Shown here piece by piece: positions 36,129-47,094 of a DNA stretch of 64,000 nucleotides. A model generated the notes under the pieces. It was not told where the DNA came from and made no database searches. It saw only the letters and a program-made list of their open reading frames with translations. A program made the position numbers and the translations under genes. Position 1 is the first letter of the stretch. Each line of letters starts with the position of its first letter. This stretch comes from Eremomyces bilateralis CBS 781.70 (lineage: Eukaryota): the NCBI GenBank assembly GCA_010015585.1, contig ML975153.1; one strand, given 5' to 3'.

Positions 36129-38179
36129 GTTGAAGCTAGTACGACGAGGCGAATGCCAGAGATTCGTTCTTATGTTGGACGTTTTGTGGCATTCGCAATG
36201 AAACCAGATGATCATCCCCATTCCCTTCCCTATCACCCCATAATCACAGGCAACACCTACTCTACACACCCCACATACCCCATTGCGGGGTATCACCGCG
36301 AAATCAATGCAGCACCACGCACATCATTCCAGTAACATGTGCACAATGGAGGATTACAGGATTAAATTGTTCCTGATACCATTCGGCATCTCAATTCCCG
36401 GAGCATGTCAATCATGCGCTACCCCTTATTATTCTATCACCTCCAGAACGAAAGCACGAAGAGGAGGTCTCAGTCATGAATCGAATCGGGCTCTGATCAT
36501 GCGACCGCCCACATGTCGGCCAAAGCCAAGCCGCGCCACCCAAATGGGCCACAGGATTAGTTTAAAGAAGAACCGGAGTATTCCTAGCGAGGAATGAGCG
36601 AGTGAAGGAGAGAGAACGAGCACGCACACCGAAACAAAAGTACCTCGCGCAGCGCATGGACAAACAAATCAGAGATATTCAGATAGCGTTGCACAGATTC
36701 CGTAGAGATTAATCAGCCCCGTTTTAATTTGTTTAGTTCACCGTGCTTGTATACTGCGTGTTGTCTTCTTCGCGCGTAGATGTGATAAGATGGGAGTTGT
36801 TAGTATCCGTTGATAGGGGTTGGGTTCTGGACATCGTTCTCTAGTCCATCACAACTTAATAAAGCACTGTTTGATCTAGGACTATCAGCTTCACGCACTC
36901 CTTGGATGTACTTAGTTAATAACTTAATACATTACACAGTAGAACAGGATGTTCCCCTTATTTTATTTCCAAGGCACGATGACATGCTCGCTCTTCGTCT
37001 TGTCGGTGGACCATTTTAATCCGATCAATGCTAGGGACTAGTCCTGTCCGAAGGCGGATCCTAAACACTTCACACTTCACATCCTCTTGACAATTTCATA
37101 GTATCTGTCGATGCAGCTTCGCCAATCTTCGACGTTTTCGTCTCTAACTTGTTTCTTGTCATCCGCGGACGTTGTCCACATGTACTGGAAACATCCTCTA
37201 TCCGGACGCTTCCGACCTGGCTGAACTGAAGCACCCACACGTTGCAGCCTCATCGAAGGACCCCTTACCGGAAGCGCCCAGCTCCGTGAGCTGCAGCAGT
37301 GGAAGAAATGAAGAAATGAGGTTCCAAGATCGTGGCTGGAGCAGACAAGGTTTCGGGGTCGTCAGAGGGACCCCTGTCTCCGACACACGACGTCACACAT
37401 CGCGACTTGAAGCTCTCCCTCCCCGACGCCTCTTTCACAAATAGCAAGATTTCTTTTTCGAATCTCCTCGCATCCCATGAAATTGGTTGCTTAACTGCCC
37501 TTCATTGCAATACCAAGCTGCCCTGGCACTTCTCGCGGAAACGTTCTCCGCCGCCGCTGCCCCTGCGACGGTCCTGTCCCATCTCCGCTGCTGGCACTCT
37601 ACGAAATCCGGGTATGCGTCTGGACGCCACCGGTGCTATCGATACCAAACATGGTAGTGACGGAAAGCTTGTCGGCCATTGCCGCGTCTTGACTGGATCG
37701 CTTGAGGTCGAAGCCTTACTAGAACTGCATTGTAGAGGCGCATATGCGCTCCTTTTGGGACTTCAAACGAGCTGTAGTAGGGGTCGCTCGGAGGCGCGAT
37801 GTTCCTGTCTCAGAACTCTCTTGGCTTTACCGATAAAGGGAAATGAGAGAATGGGCCGATTATAAGGCGTCGTCCATCCTTCAGTTTTGTTCTTCGTGGG
37901 AATACATGAGATGTTTCTTGCATTATTGTCCTCATGGTCTTGATACCCAGCATCGCTCCCTTTTCCTCTCGTTCCTCTTCGTTTTCTTCAGTTGTGCATT
38001 TCTCAGGAAGAGCTTGCTCTCATTAATCCCAGTCTCACTCAAGTCATTCATTGTAGTTGATTGATATACCTGTCCCTGGTTGGACCTTTATCTTGGATTG
38101 ATTCCAGCATCACAGTCCTTCAAGGAAAAAAAGGCAGTAATACTATTAGACGGGCAACTCAGTGCATTAAAACGTCACA

Positions 38180-39262
38180 ATGCCATCTATATCAAGTTTC
38201 CTCAAGATTCTTGCCGTCCTCGGCATCGCAGGGGGTATCGAGGCCATGCCTCGCCCACAGCCCGGGCACAAATACCCTCACCGGCCTGAGCGACGACAAG
38301 ACCCAGCACCGCCAGCGGCTTCGCCATCACCGACTGCCCCAGTAGCGGCACCAGCAGGCGGATTATCAGATATTGACATCCTCCAATTGTGGGTATCTAA
38401 CTCGTCGTCTCTCGTGGTATTGCTAACGCCCAACTTCCTAGCGCTTTGTCCCTCGAACACCTCGAATCCAACTTCTACTCCCAAGGATTCCAACGCTTCC
38501 CGCCCCAAGACTTCTCCGCCCTCGGTCTCAGCGAGGCCAATATCCAGGCCCTTCAAGCCATCGGCGAAACCGAAGCCACCCACGTCACCGCGCTAACCAG
38601 CGCCATCTCCGCTACCGGCGCTCCTCCCGTCCAAGCATGCACCTACAACTTCAACTTCACCACCGCCGCAGACATGGTCGCCACCGCCCGCATCCTCGAA
38701 GCCGTCGGCGTCTCCGCTTACCTCGGCGCCGCCCCGCTCATTCAATCCAAGGATATCCTCTCCACCGCCGGAAGCATCCTCACCGTGGAATCCCGCCATC
38801 AGACCTTCATCCGGGCCGCCAGCGCCGCCGCCCCCGTCCCCGCACCATTTGACACCCCGCTGGGGCCCCGCGCGGTGTTCACCCTGGCGAGCGGGTTCAT
38901 CCAGTCGTGCCCTGAAGGAAGCAACCTGAACATCCCGGCGTTCCCGGCGATCCAGCTGTCGACCCCGATGGTGACGGCGGGCCAGAGCCTTGTACTGCAG
39001 GACACGGCACAACCGTCCGGCGCGCAGTTTTGTGCGTACGTCAATCAGGGTCAGACGATGTTCACGCCGTTGCAACAGGGGGCGTGCACGGTTCCACAGG
39101 GACTGGCGGGCGAGGTGTACATGATGGTGACAGGGCAGGAGAGCGTTGTGGACGAGGCGGTCTTGGCTGGGTAAGTTCTCCCTCGGTTATCCCCATTAAA
39201 TATATATCAAGGAAAGGAAAGCTAACCGCATATTTAGTCCATCCGTCATCCTCATGTCATGA
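38180..39262 (+). CDS. Secreted ferritin-like-domain (Rds1-like) stress protein, ~320 aa
   Basis: Signal peptide, SDIDILQFALSLEHLE..FY, ETEATHV, LEAVGVSAYLGAA, ILTVESRHQ, PFDTPL and FIQSCP. Introns 38389-38441 and 39171-39237. Confidence 0.88.
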
Positions 39263-39904
39263 TAATGACCAGTGTAGGCGCTGTGTGTCCGATCTGTTCG
39301 ATTCGCTTCTGCGTCGTGTATTTTATCTTTCAACCCCAGTGGATTAGAGTTAGGGCTTATATGCAAGCTGGGATCGCGGCTATTCCCCTGGAGATTGGCG
39401 AAAAGGGGCCTGTCTATTGACTTGAAGAGGGCGAGCTTGACCTGAGAAAGACCGTTTGTAGTAATTCCCCAAATCCAAAGCCATCATTCAAGCAACCTTC
39501 TTATTGTGCATTTCGTCATTGGCGCAAATTTTTAAATATGGGTGCATTGAGGAGGACGAGCGGGTCGAGGTTCTTGAAGCGGGGAGGACATTATCCGGCG
39601 GAGTTCTTCCCGCCGTCTAATCAACAGAGAAATGCCAATTTCGCAAATTAGAGACCGCATACTAGAAGCTGACTTGCCCTTAGGCAATCCCGTCTAGTAG
39701 CTTAGCGTGGCAGAAACGACAAGAGATGCTTGGAGCACATGTTCAAGGATGGCGATGGCATCGGACAGGGACGTCACAAGATGGACGAGTTAGCACGCCA
39801 TGAAAGGCGCTAAAATTGACATCATGGTTTCCGTATTTCAAAATATTGCTTTACGATGAACTATACACGAAGCTGATAACTTTTACTTTGCTCTAATACT
39901 GCAA

Positions 39905-41626
39905 CTATACTTCTTTCCCCATAAGCAGCCGCGTATATTCCCAGTCCCACCAGTCTACAGGATCTGGGCCTGGATTGCCACCAGACCCAAATTTTGCACC
40001 ACCCTGCGTCCCATCAATGATTGCGACCAGATAGCGATGCTGCTGCTTCCCTTGCTCCACCGGTCCGGCTCCATTGTTGAAGTAGTCCCGCGACATCGGC
40101 TTCGTGATCAGATCGTTGATGGGTCTCTAGATGCTGCGGGCGCCCCCCTCCTCCGTGTATCCTGCATCGAGGATATACGCAATCACGGCCTTGGGATCGA
40201 GGATCTTCAGTTGCACGTTGCCGAAAGTAGGGGGTTTCTGAGATGCCTTCATCGCGGCACGCTTCGCCAGTTTGTTCAATTCGAGGACGACGATCTGCTC
40301 CTGCTGGGGTGGGATAAGGCAGAAGAAGGGGACAATGACCAAATGTGCCAAAAAAGCTCGTCCTGCGCTTCAGGTTAGTTCAACTCCGTCATAAAATTGA
40401 AAGTGTTCTCACATCAAGATGCTGCTTCATCACCATGCGGATCCGATCCTTCAAATGCGTTGCTGGGGACGACATTTCGGCTGCTTTGCCTGCAGCAAGA
40501 ATGTTCTGGAGCTCGATGGCTTCATTTTTGGCCATGTTGGTCTCGAAGATGAAGATTACTCGGCCGCAATGCACAGAGGTATCTGATCGGCGGTCGCGGA
40601 ATTGCCCTGTACAAGGTGTTAGTGCGCTACGCTGGGCTGGCAGCATGGAAATATAGACTCGCCAGAAGACAGAATGGCAAGGATAACAGCCTGAAATCCC
40701 TTGGAGGCATTTTCAATGCGCTCCAACACCACTATGCTCCGCTGTCCTTGATTCTCCGAGAGGAAGTCATTCAAAGCCAGTAAGGAAGAGCCAATGACAG
40801 GTCCACTTTCGAAAAGTGTTTCCGTGGTCGCGGTCGTTTCTGCACAGCTGATCCGCATCGTGCTCATGCCATATAGAGGGCCGAATTTGATGGCAAGTTC
40901 CGACTTGCCACTACCGGGGGCACCGGCGAAGAGCATCGCCAAAGGCAGGTTATCAGTCTTCGTGACCACACATTCCACGAGAAGGGCGTCGGCGGCAACT
41001 TGCATTGCAGTCTTCTGCCCAATGAGGTTGAGTTGGATCGGGTACCTAGTGGCATTGTTCCCATTGCTCAACCATGTTGCTGATTGGTGAAGGGGAGATG
41101 GTCCTGCTTCGGTCGAAAGACCTAGTTTCTGTAATTTGAAATTGAAATTGGTGGGGTGATGAGTTTCTGCAATTAGTGAAGTCATCATGCTCGTAACTTC
41201 GTCCTGGAGAGATATGAGGTCTAATTCTGGAACTGCAAAGCCCTCAAGACCGGAAACTTGCTTCCCTGATGAATCAATGTTAATGTCTTGAGTGAGTGGG
41301 ACAGGTTGTAGGTAGTAGATGAAGTTGGAAGAAAGTCCCTTTTGTAGGGTCGACGGTTCTGGCTTCAGGGGTGGTGGTAATACTGTACTAGAGTTCGGAT
41401 TCTTCTGCCCAATCGTCCTTGAGTGGGCAGATGAGGGAGGTAGCGACTGTCTCGGTTTGGGCTGTTTAGGACTCTCGGCATTCTTGTTCTCTCCGGGAAA
41501 GGGCGCGAGAGTGCCAGTGTTTCTATGTGCAAACACACAGTGACGGTCCTCGTTCTTACATCTGCCCTCATACCAGAATGGGCAGGTTAGGAGATTGCTG
41601 GAGCTGTGATTAGTTTCGGGAGCCAT
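39905..41626 (-). pseudogene. CCCH zinc finger + ClpB-D2-like AAA+ P-loop protein, apparently disrupted (frameshift + premature stop)
   Basis: CPFWYEGRCKNEDRHCVFAH; LIGQKTA; MLFAGAPGSGKSELA; degenerate Walker B IVVLERIE; GQFRDRR..VHCGRVIFIFETN; GARSI* (TAG 40127-40129) continuing in frame as RPINDLITKPM. GC-AG intron 40607-40662. Intron 40363-40412 leaves exon 3 out of frame at a T6 run. Confidence 0.7.
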
Positions 41627-43264
41627 GGTAGTGAGAGTAAACTTGGAAGTAAGGATAGACAATTGTCAGCCGAAATAGCACTTCCTTGGAAGATTTTCAA
41701 AGAAGCTGCGAGAAGTAAAATATTTCAAGTTGGTGGAAAGTTAAGAAGGGAACAATTTCGATTGATAGTGAGAATTGTGAAAGGACAAAGGGGTAACTGT
41801 CGACTCCAGCAATAAGGAAGGAAATCTATTCCATTGAACGAATTATCGAAACCAGTTGCGTAGGAAGAAGAAAAGAAAAAACCCGGGCCAGTGGTTTTTA
41901 ATATTGCTCGGCCCAAACACTACTTGGCCATGATGATCGTGGTAGAGCGATGATTGCTTACTCGTGACTATCAATCTATTAACCGTCCCAGATGTTGTCG
42001 CTTAGTCGTCGATTTGTTTTCTGAATCGAAGAGGTCCTATATAGTTAGTCGGTAGAAGTATGGCCTACCTGGCGAACCGGGACCTTAATCGCCAAACGTT
42101 GAACATATATACGTGCATCAAGACCCGAAGTAGCAAAAAAAGGCCTTATTTAGAATGTCTCTACCTGCCATGATGATGATGATGATGGAATCTACTGGTA
42201 TAGGACACTTGTATCGAGAGCAAAAGGGACCATGAAGCACATCTCCAGGTCGGGTAGCTGCTCAATTTATACCATGCAATGTCGCATTTGCGAAGCGAGA
42301 GAACAACAAACCTAGGAAGAGCGTATTCAGTCTGTATCGACCTTAAATCCATACACAATACCATGCTCATGGCCGAAAGGAATAGGGAGACTCGGAAGGT
42401 GTAAACAGACACCAAAATCATACGCAACTCTATGACTATGACAAGAAAAGCAGGAAAGACAGAGAAGCATGTCCTACCCCACTGGAAATGATAGAATGTG
42501 TATATTGCAAAGACAGCGGATCAACCGACCTGGGCGAATACACTGGCCTGCTAAAGGGAGGCTTCAAGTAACCTCGGAGTGCTTGTCAAGGTCCCGTCAT
42601 CATGACACTCATACTGGATGACTGGCAACCATTTGTTATATAGGAAAACGCATTGCAACGAGGGAACCGCTCAGAAAGAGCCGAGCGGAATATGTTATAC
42701 AATTGAAACAAACGCGACACGACGAGCAATCGTCCGTTTCAATACGGTAGATCAACCCAAGGAATCCAGGAGGTTTGGATCATCCCAACCAAAAGCTCCA
42801 GTGGAAGCATGCCAGGAAACCCAGTTTAGGGATTCTAGTGTATGAGCATAGAGAACAATGTAATACAGACACTGTTCTGACTTAGAATTGATATATATGA
42901 ATGACAGGCAGTACCGGTATGCTTCGAATGAAGTCGAAGGTTTCGGAACAAAGGACATTAATTAGTTACCTCTGCTCAAGTTGTTCTTCCTGTACCTCAC
43001 TGTCCCCCAAAGCAAGGCAATAAGGCGCCAATACCCGATTGCACTTGACGCGTCTCAAACCCACGATACGCGTCTTCTGATTTCAATCAATAAACGATAT
43101 TCAACGCATGGTTAATACACCTACGGTTTGGATATTTCTTGTACTTTGCTATTGATACAGCCCTTCGTATCCAGCTCTTGTCCATAAATCTCTACATAAT
43201 AATTCCTGGGTCGCTTCCGCCCTCCAACCGCCATCGGGCTAATCCCTCCTCCATCACACTACGC

Positions 43265-44359
43265 ATGGTAAGAACTCTCCTGCTTGACGCCTACGAAGTC
43301 TTGGTTCATCACTAATTCCATTCCCAGAACGCAAGATCCCTTCGCCGGCTAGCAGCCGACCATGCCTCCCTCCACAATGCCGGCCTCCCCCCCAACTATC
43401 TCTTCCCTTCTCCCGAGCCCTCAGGGGACGACCTCACCCAACTCGACGTCCTCCTCGCCGGCCCCGAATCGACCCCGTACGCCAGCGGCCTCTTCAAACT
43501 CCACCTCGACATGCCTCCCAACTACCCAACCGCCCCTCCCACAGCAACTTTCCGCACCCGGATATGGCATCCGAACGTCGACGAGTCGAGCGGCGCGATC
43601 TGCGTCGACACGCTGAAGCGCGATTGGAATAACAGCTTGACGTTGCGACACGTCCTTGTCACGATCAATTGCCTGCTCATCGAGCCGAATCCCGCCAGCG
43701 CTTTGAATGGGGAGGCAGGCAGGCTAATGGAGGAAGACTATGCGGCGTTTGGGAAACGCGCACGAATGATGTGTGGTGTGCACGCGGCATGTCCGCCAGA
43801 ATGGGCAGAGAGAGCTGAGGATGCGAGGCGGCGCGGTGACGAAGATCCGCAAAATGCGAAAGAGAAATTGAAATCGGGCCCGGCACGACCGAGCCGAAGA
43901 CTGAACGCGGTGGCGGGAACAACGTCGCAGGGGAAGGGAGCCGGGCGTGGCTCCGAGGAGAATTCGCAGGCTATAGTGTCAGCCGAGCCAGTCCCAGATG
44001 ATCCCCTCGATGTGTCGACGTCCGCCAACTCCTCTAAGCTGAAAACCATCCCGAATCCCGCAGGATCCATCCCGACGACGCATAGCGCCTCCTCCATCCA
44101 CAACATCCCCGAAGGCAGGTCGAGTGTCCGCGCCCGGAAAGCCACGTCGAGTCGCCGACGGACCTCACATGCTACCGTGTCCAGTACATCGGGGACGCCG
44201 TCGCTCATTGATTGGAAAGTGGGGTTGGAGAAGGAGCGGACACCGGAGCGGCAGAACCGGTATCGGGTGGAGAAGAGGCGGATGAGGGCGGCGAGAAATA
44301 ACGTTCGGGACTACAATCGGGGCACGTTTGGACCACGTTTCGGGTTGGATCGATTATGA
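43265..44359 (+). CDS. Ubiquitin-conjugating enzyme E2, UBE2S-like, ~344 aa
   Basis: ATG-only first exon, intron 43268-43327, then NARSLRRLAADH..DDLTQLDVLLAGPESTPY..YPTAPP..FRTRIWHPNVDESSGAICVDTLKRDW..PNPASALNGEAG, and a basic C-terminal tail. Confidence 0.88.
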
Positions 44360-44553
44360 TTGGGAGACTTTTGGTGTTGGATACGCCAATATCACACCCG
44401 AGTCTCGACGTAGGGATGGTCCATACATATCTCAGCACCGATGCAGTTCTTGGGAACCTGTTTTCCGAGACTGACTATATTTCGAACCTAAATGTGGCCC
44501 TTTATATATCCCGCGCTGGGTGGGCCATTGACACACAGGATGCTCTCATAGAC

Positions 44554-45155
44554 CTAATCACTGTCGTCCTCGCCTTCAGCCTGGTCCTCACCGCCCGTGG
44601 AGTTGGCAAAAGCAGCGAGCGCCTTCTCAAATACAGCCTGTTTGCGCTTCGCGAGCGCCTCACCCTCCGCCTTCAGGTTCTCCGGCGACTTCTCCCGCAT
44701 GACATTCTCGAGCTCCCCCGATGCGGCCTGGGTCCTCAACATGCTCTTCTTCACCAGACCTGAAAGCTTGTCAGTGTTCATGGGCTGATGAGGGTCTGTC
44801 ACGCAAGCATACCTCCGACGTGCAGCTTTTCGATGTGCGGTTTTAGTGAGATTAAATGGTCCAGCTGCGCCTCGCTGAGCTCCACCATCCGCTTCGACTG
44901 CGCCAGGATCTTCTGGCTTTCCTCCTCCGTGGGGGTGGTGCCCTGGTAGAATGTTAGGTTTGGAGGTCGATGGCAGAACTAAACACATACCTCGTATCCC
45001 TTTACGGCCTTCTTCATGGTTGATATCATGGAGTTTGTCTTCCGGCCCAGCTTGATCGCATCGCCGACGGACAACTTCTCGCCTTTGGAGATGATCTTGA
45101 CGCTCTTGGTCGCCTTGCGTTCGAGGTCATCGAGGGCTTTCTGAACCTTATCCAT
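44554..45155 (-). CDS. HsbA/Mp1p-like helical-bundle protein lacking a signal peptide, ~166 aa
   Basis: Exons 44991-45155, 44813-44942 and 44554-44759 splice in frame. Pattern LISLKPHIEKLHVGGLVKKSM..REKSPENLKAEGEAL..FEKALAAFA resembles the HsbA C-terminal half. Family assignment is by eye. Confidence 0.7.
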
Positions 45156-45271
45156 CTTGAGTATTATTAAAGCGTAGTGAACCTGTTGGTTAAGGGATGA
45201 AAACTGCGATGATATTCCTGACAAAAGTATCGATGAGATATCCAGCTGCTCAACGGTAGCATTATGGTCAC

Positions 45272-45279
45272 CTTTTATA
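45272..45279 (-). promoter_or_regulatory. TATA box (TATAAAAG) of the HsbA-like gene
   Basis: Consensus TATAAAAG on the - strand, ~120 nt upstream of the ATG at 45155. Confidence 0.55.
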
Positions 45280-47094
45280 CGTCAATACACCTGTCCCAGT
45301 CTGTCCGATACCAGCCGAACATGCATATGCACACCATGTTGAGTTACGATCAGATGCTCTGAACAATATGACAGCTACGGAGTCGCTCTTATCCATTCCT
45401 AGCCAAACAATACGAACGGGGCATCCGTAGAGCCATTGTGCATCGAACATGGTGATAACATGGACATGAAATGCGCCCAAGATTACGGCTCGAGTCCGTA
45501 TCAGGATAGTCCTCTAAATGTAACCGGGTTCATAGGAAGCGGACAAGAGGAAGAATCATCTCAACTTGAATGAAAGGTCCACATAAGGACTCGCCTGAAG
45601 AATGATAGCCAGTGTAAACCCCTGCATTGGACTGCCGCCGTTTCAGGCACATCCGGATCTTGAGTGGCCCGTCCATGGCGTGGAAACATCAAAGGTCCGT
45701 TCCGCCCACGCCATGCTCACATGTTCGCCGGGAGAGAATCGAATCAAATCCGGGAATGAGACGGTCTCCAGCGAACGGAAGTTGATGATGGGGACTGGGA
45801 TGGACGAGAGTCGGGAGGGGAGAGAGTCTGGAGAACCTGGGGGAGGCGAGGATCGGACGCTATGCCAGAAGCAGGATAGCAGAGAATGGTGCACATCAAG
45901 CGTTCAACGGCTCAAGGAGTTCTAGGAATATTCGAACGTTCTTTAAACTAAAAGAAATTTCAGCAGCGCATCGATGGCACTGAAACCATGCCCGCTGAAA
46001 AACATATAGTCATCGACGTCATCTATCCGGCGTGGACGACACTAATATCCCCAGCCTGAACGGCCACCCAGTATATTGAAAACCCTCAGTCGTTCCATTA
46101 TTTCAACTTGCATTACCTCTAGAGATCTAGATACCTGTTGGCTGGGGGAGGACTTCCAAGGTGAAACACCCTCAATTTCTAGCAACCGAGAGGATGCTTT
46201 CATCGACCAGGCGGACTTCCCCTCACATGGTGGTTCCGTAGAATGTAGCGGTTGAATTGGGATCGTATACGAAGGTACCTAGGTAGCTAGAGTGTGTCCG
46301 TCCAATGTTTCCCCAGTCGTGAGTAACTACAAATTGAAGGAGAGAAAGCACCAAGATAAGCTGGAGTCGAACTCTGGGCGCTTAGCACCTGCTGTTACAC
46401 CAGTCGATGGCCTGGAGCTGTTGCGTTGCTGTGCCTCAGCCCTGAAGAGCTGGACTTCATCGGCAGCCGACATTGGTACGTACCGATATAGCAACACGGT
46501 TAGTTAATAAGGTACCTAGAAAGCCACATGATTCGAAAACACCACCAAGACAGCTTTAACACATCACTTGAACGTTCGCGCATGGAATCAGATTGACGGC
46601 CTTAGAGAGCATAAACTGTCCAAAGGGTTTATACCACAAGCTCAGCAGCTGTGGTACCTCCGTCTCCCCTCTACCATTCGGTTGACCTTCACGGACACAA
46701 CATTGGGTTGCTGTAGTGGTGAATTATCTGCAACCAGCCGACATTATCGTCAACGAGGCTCCGTAACGGCCCATCCTTCAAGTCTTTGATCGGTCCAAGG
46801 AGGAGCGGAAGTTCTGCCTATTTCACCTATTCAGTTTCACCCTCAGTCCAAGGCAAACGCACCCCCACCACTAGAACGCTATACTGGTGAATGGGAGGCT
46901 TCAGAGCCGGTCGTCATTCAATTCCACAAGACCGCGAACTGACGTTTTCTTTTTCGTGTCACTAAATCCCCTTTACCTTCACCTTCCTTTCTTTCTTTTC
47001 CTGTTAGAACTTCCTCCTCGTCTCGCATGGTGCTTCCTGATCTGTCTATCTTTGATCAGAGCAACACACCGTATCGCGTGTTTAAACGTGAATC

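Noticed and set aside
36900..36930. Recurring ACTTAGTTA-like words (also ~2366, ~26005 reverse, ~52172)
   Set aside because: Short AT-rich words with no shared flanks, TIRs or target-site duplications; insufficient evidence for a mobile element.
41929..42025. ATGATGA...CTGA spaced like a C/D box snoRNA
   Set aside because: No terminal stem or recognisable rRNA guide seen; needs snoscan/Infernal to revisit.
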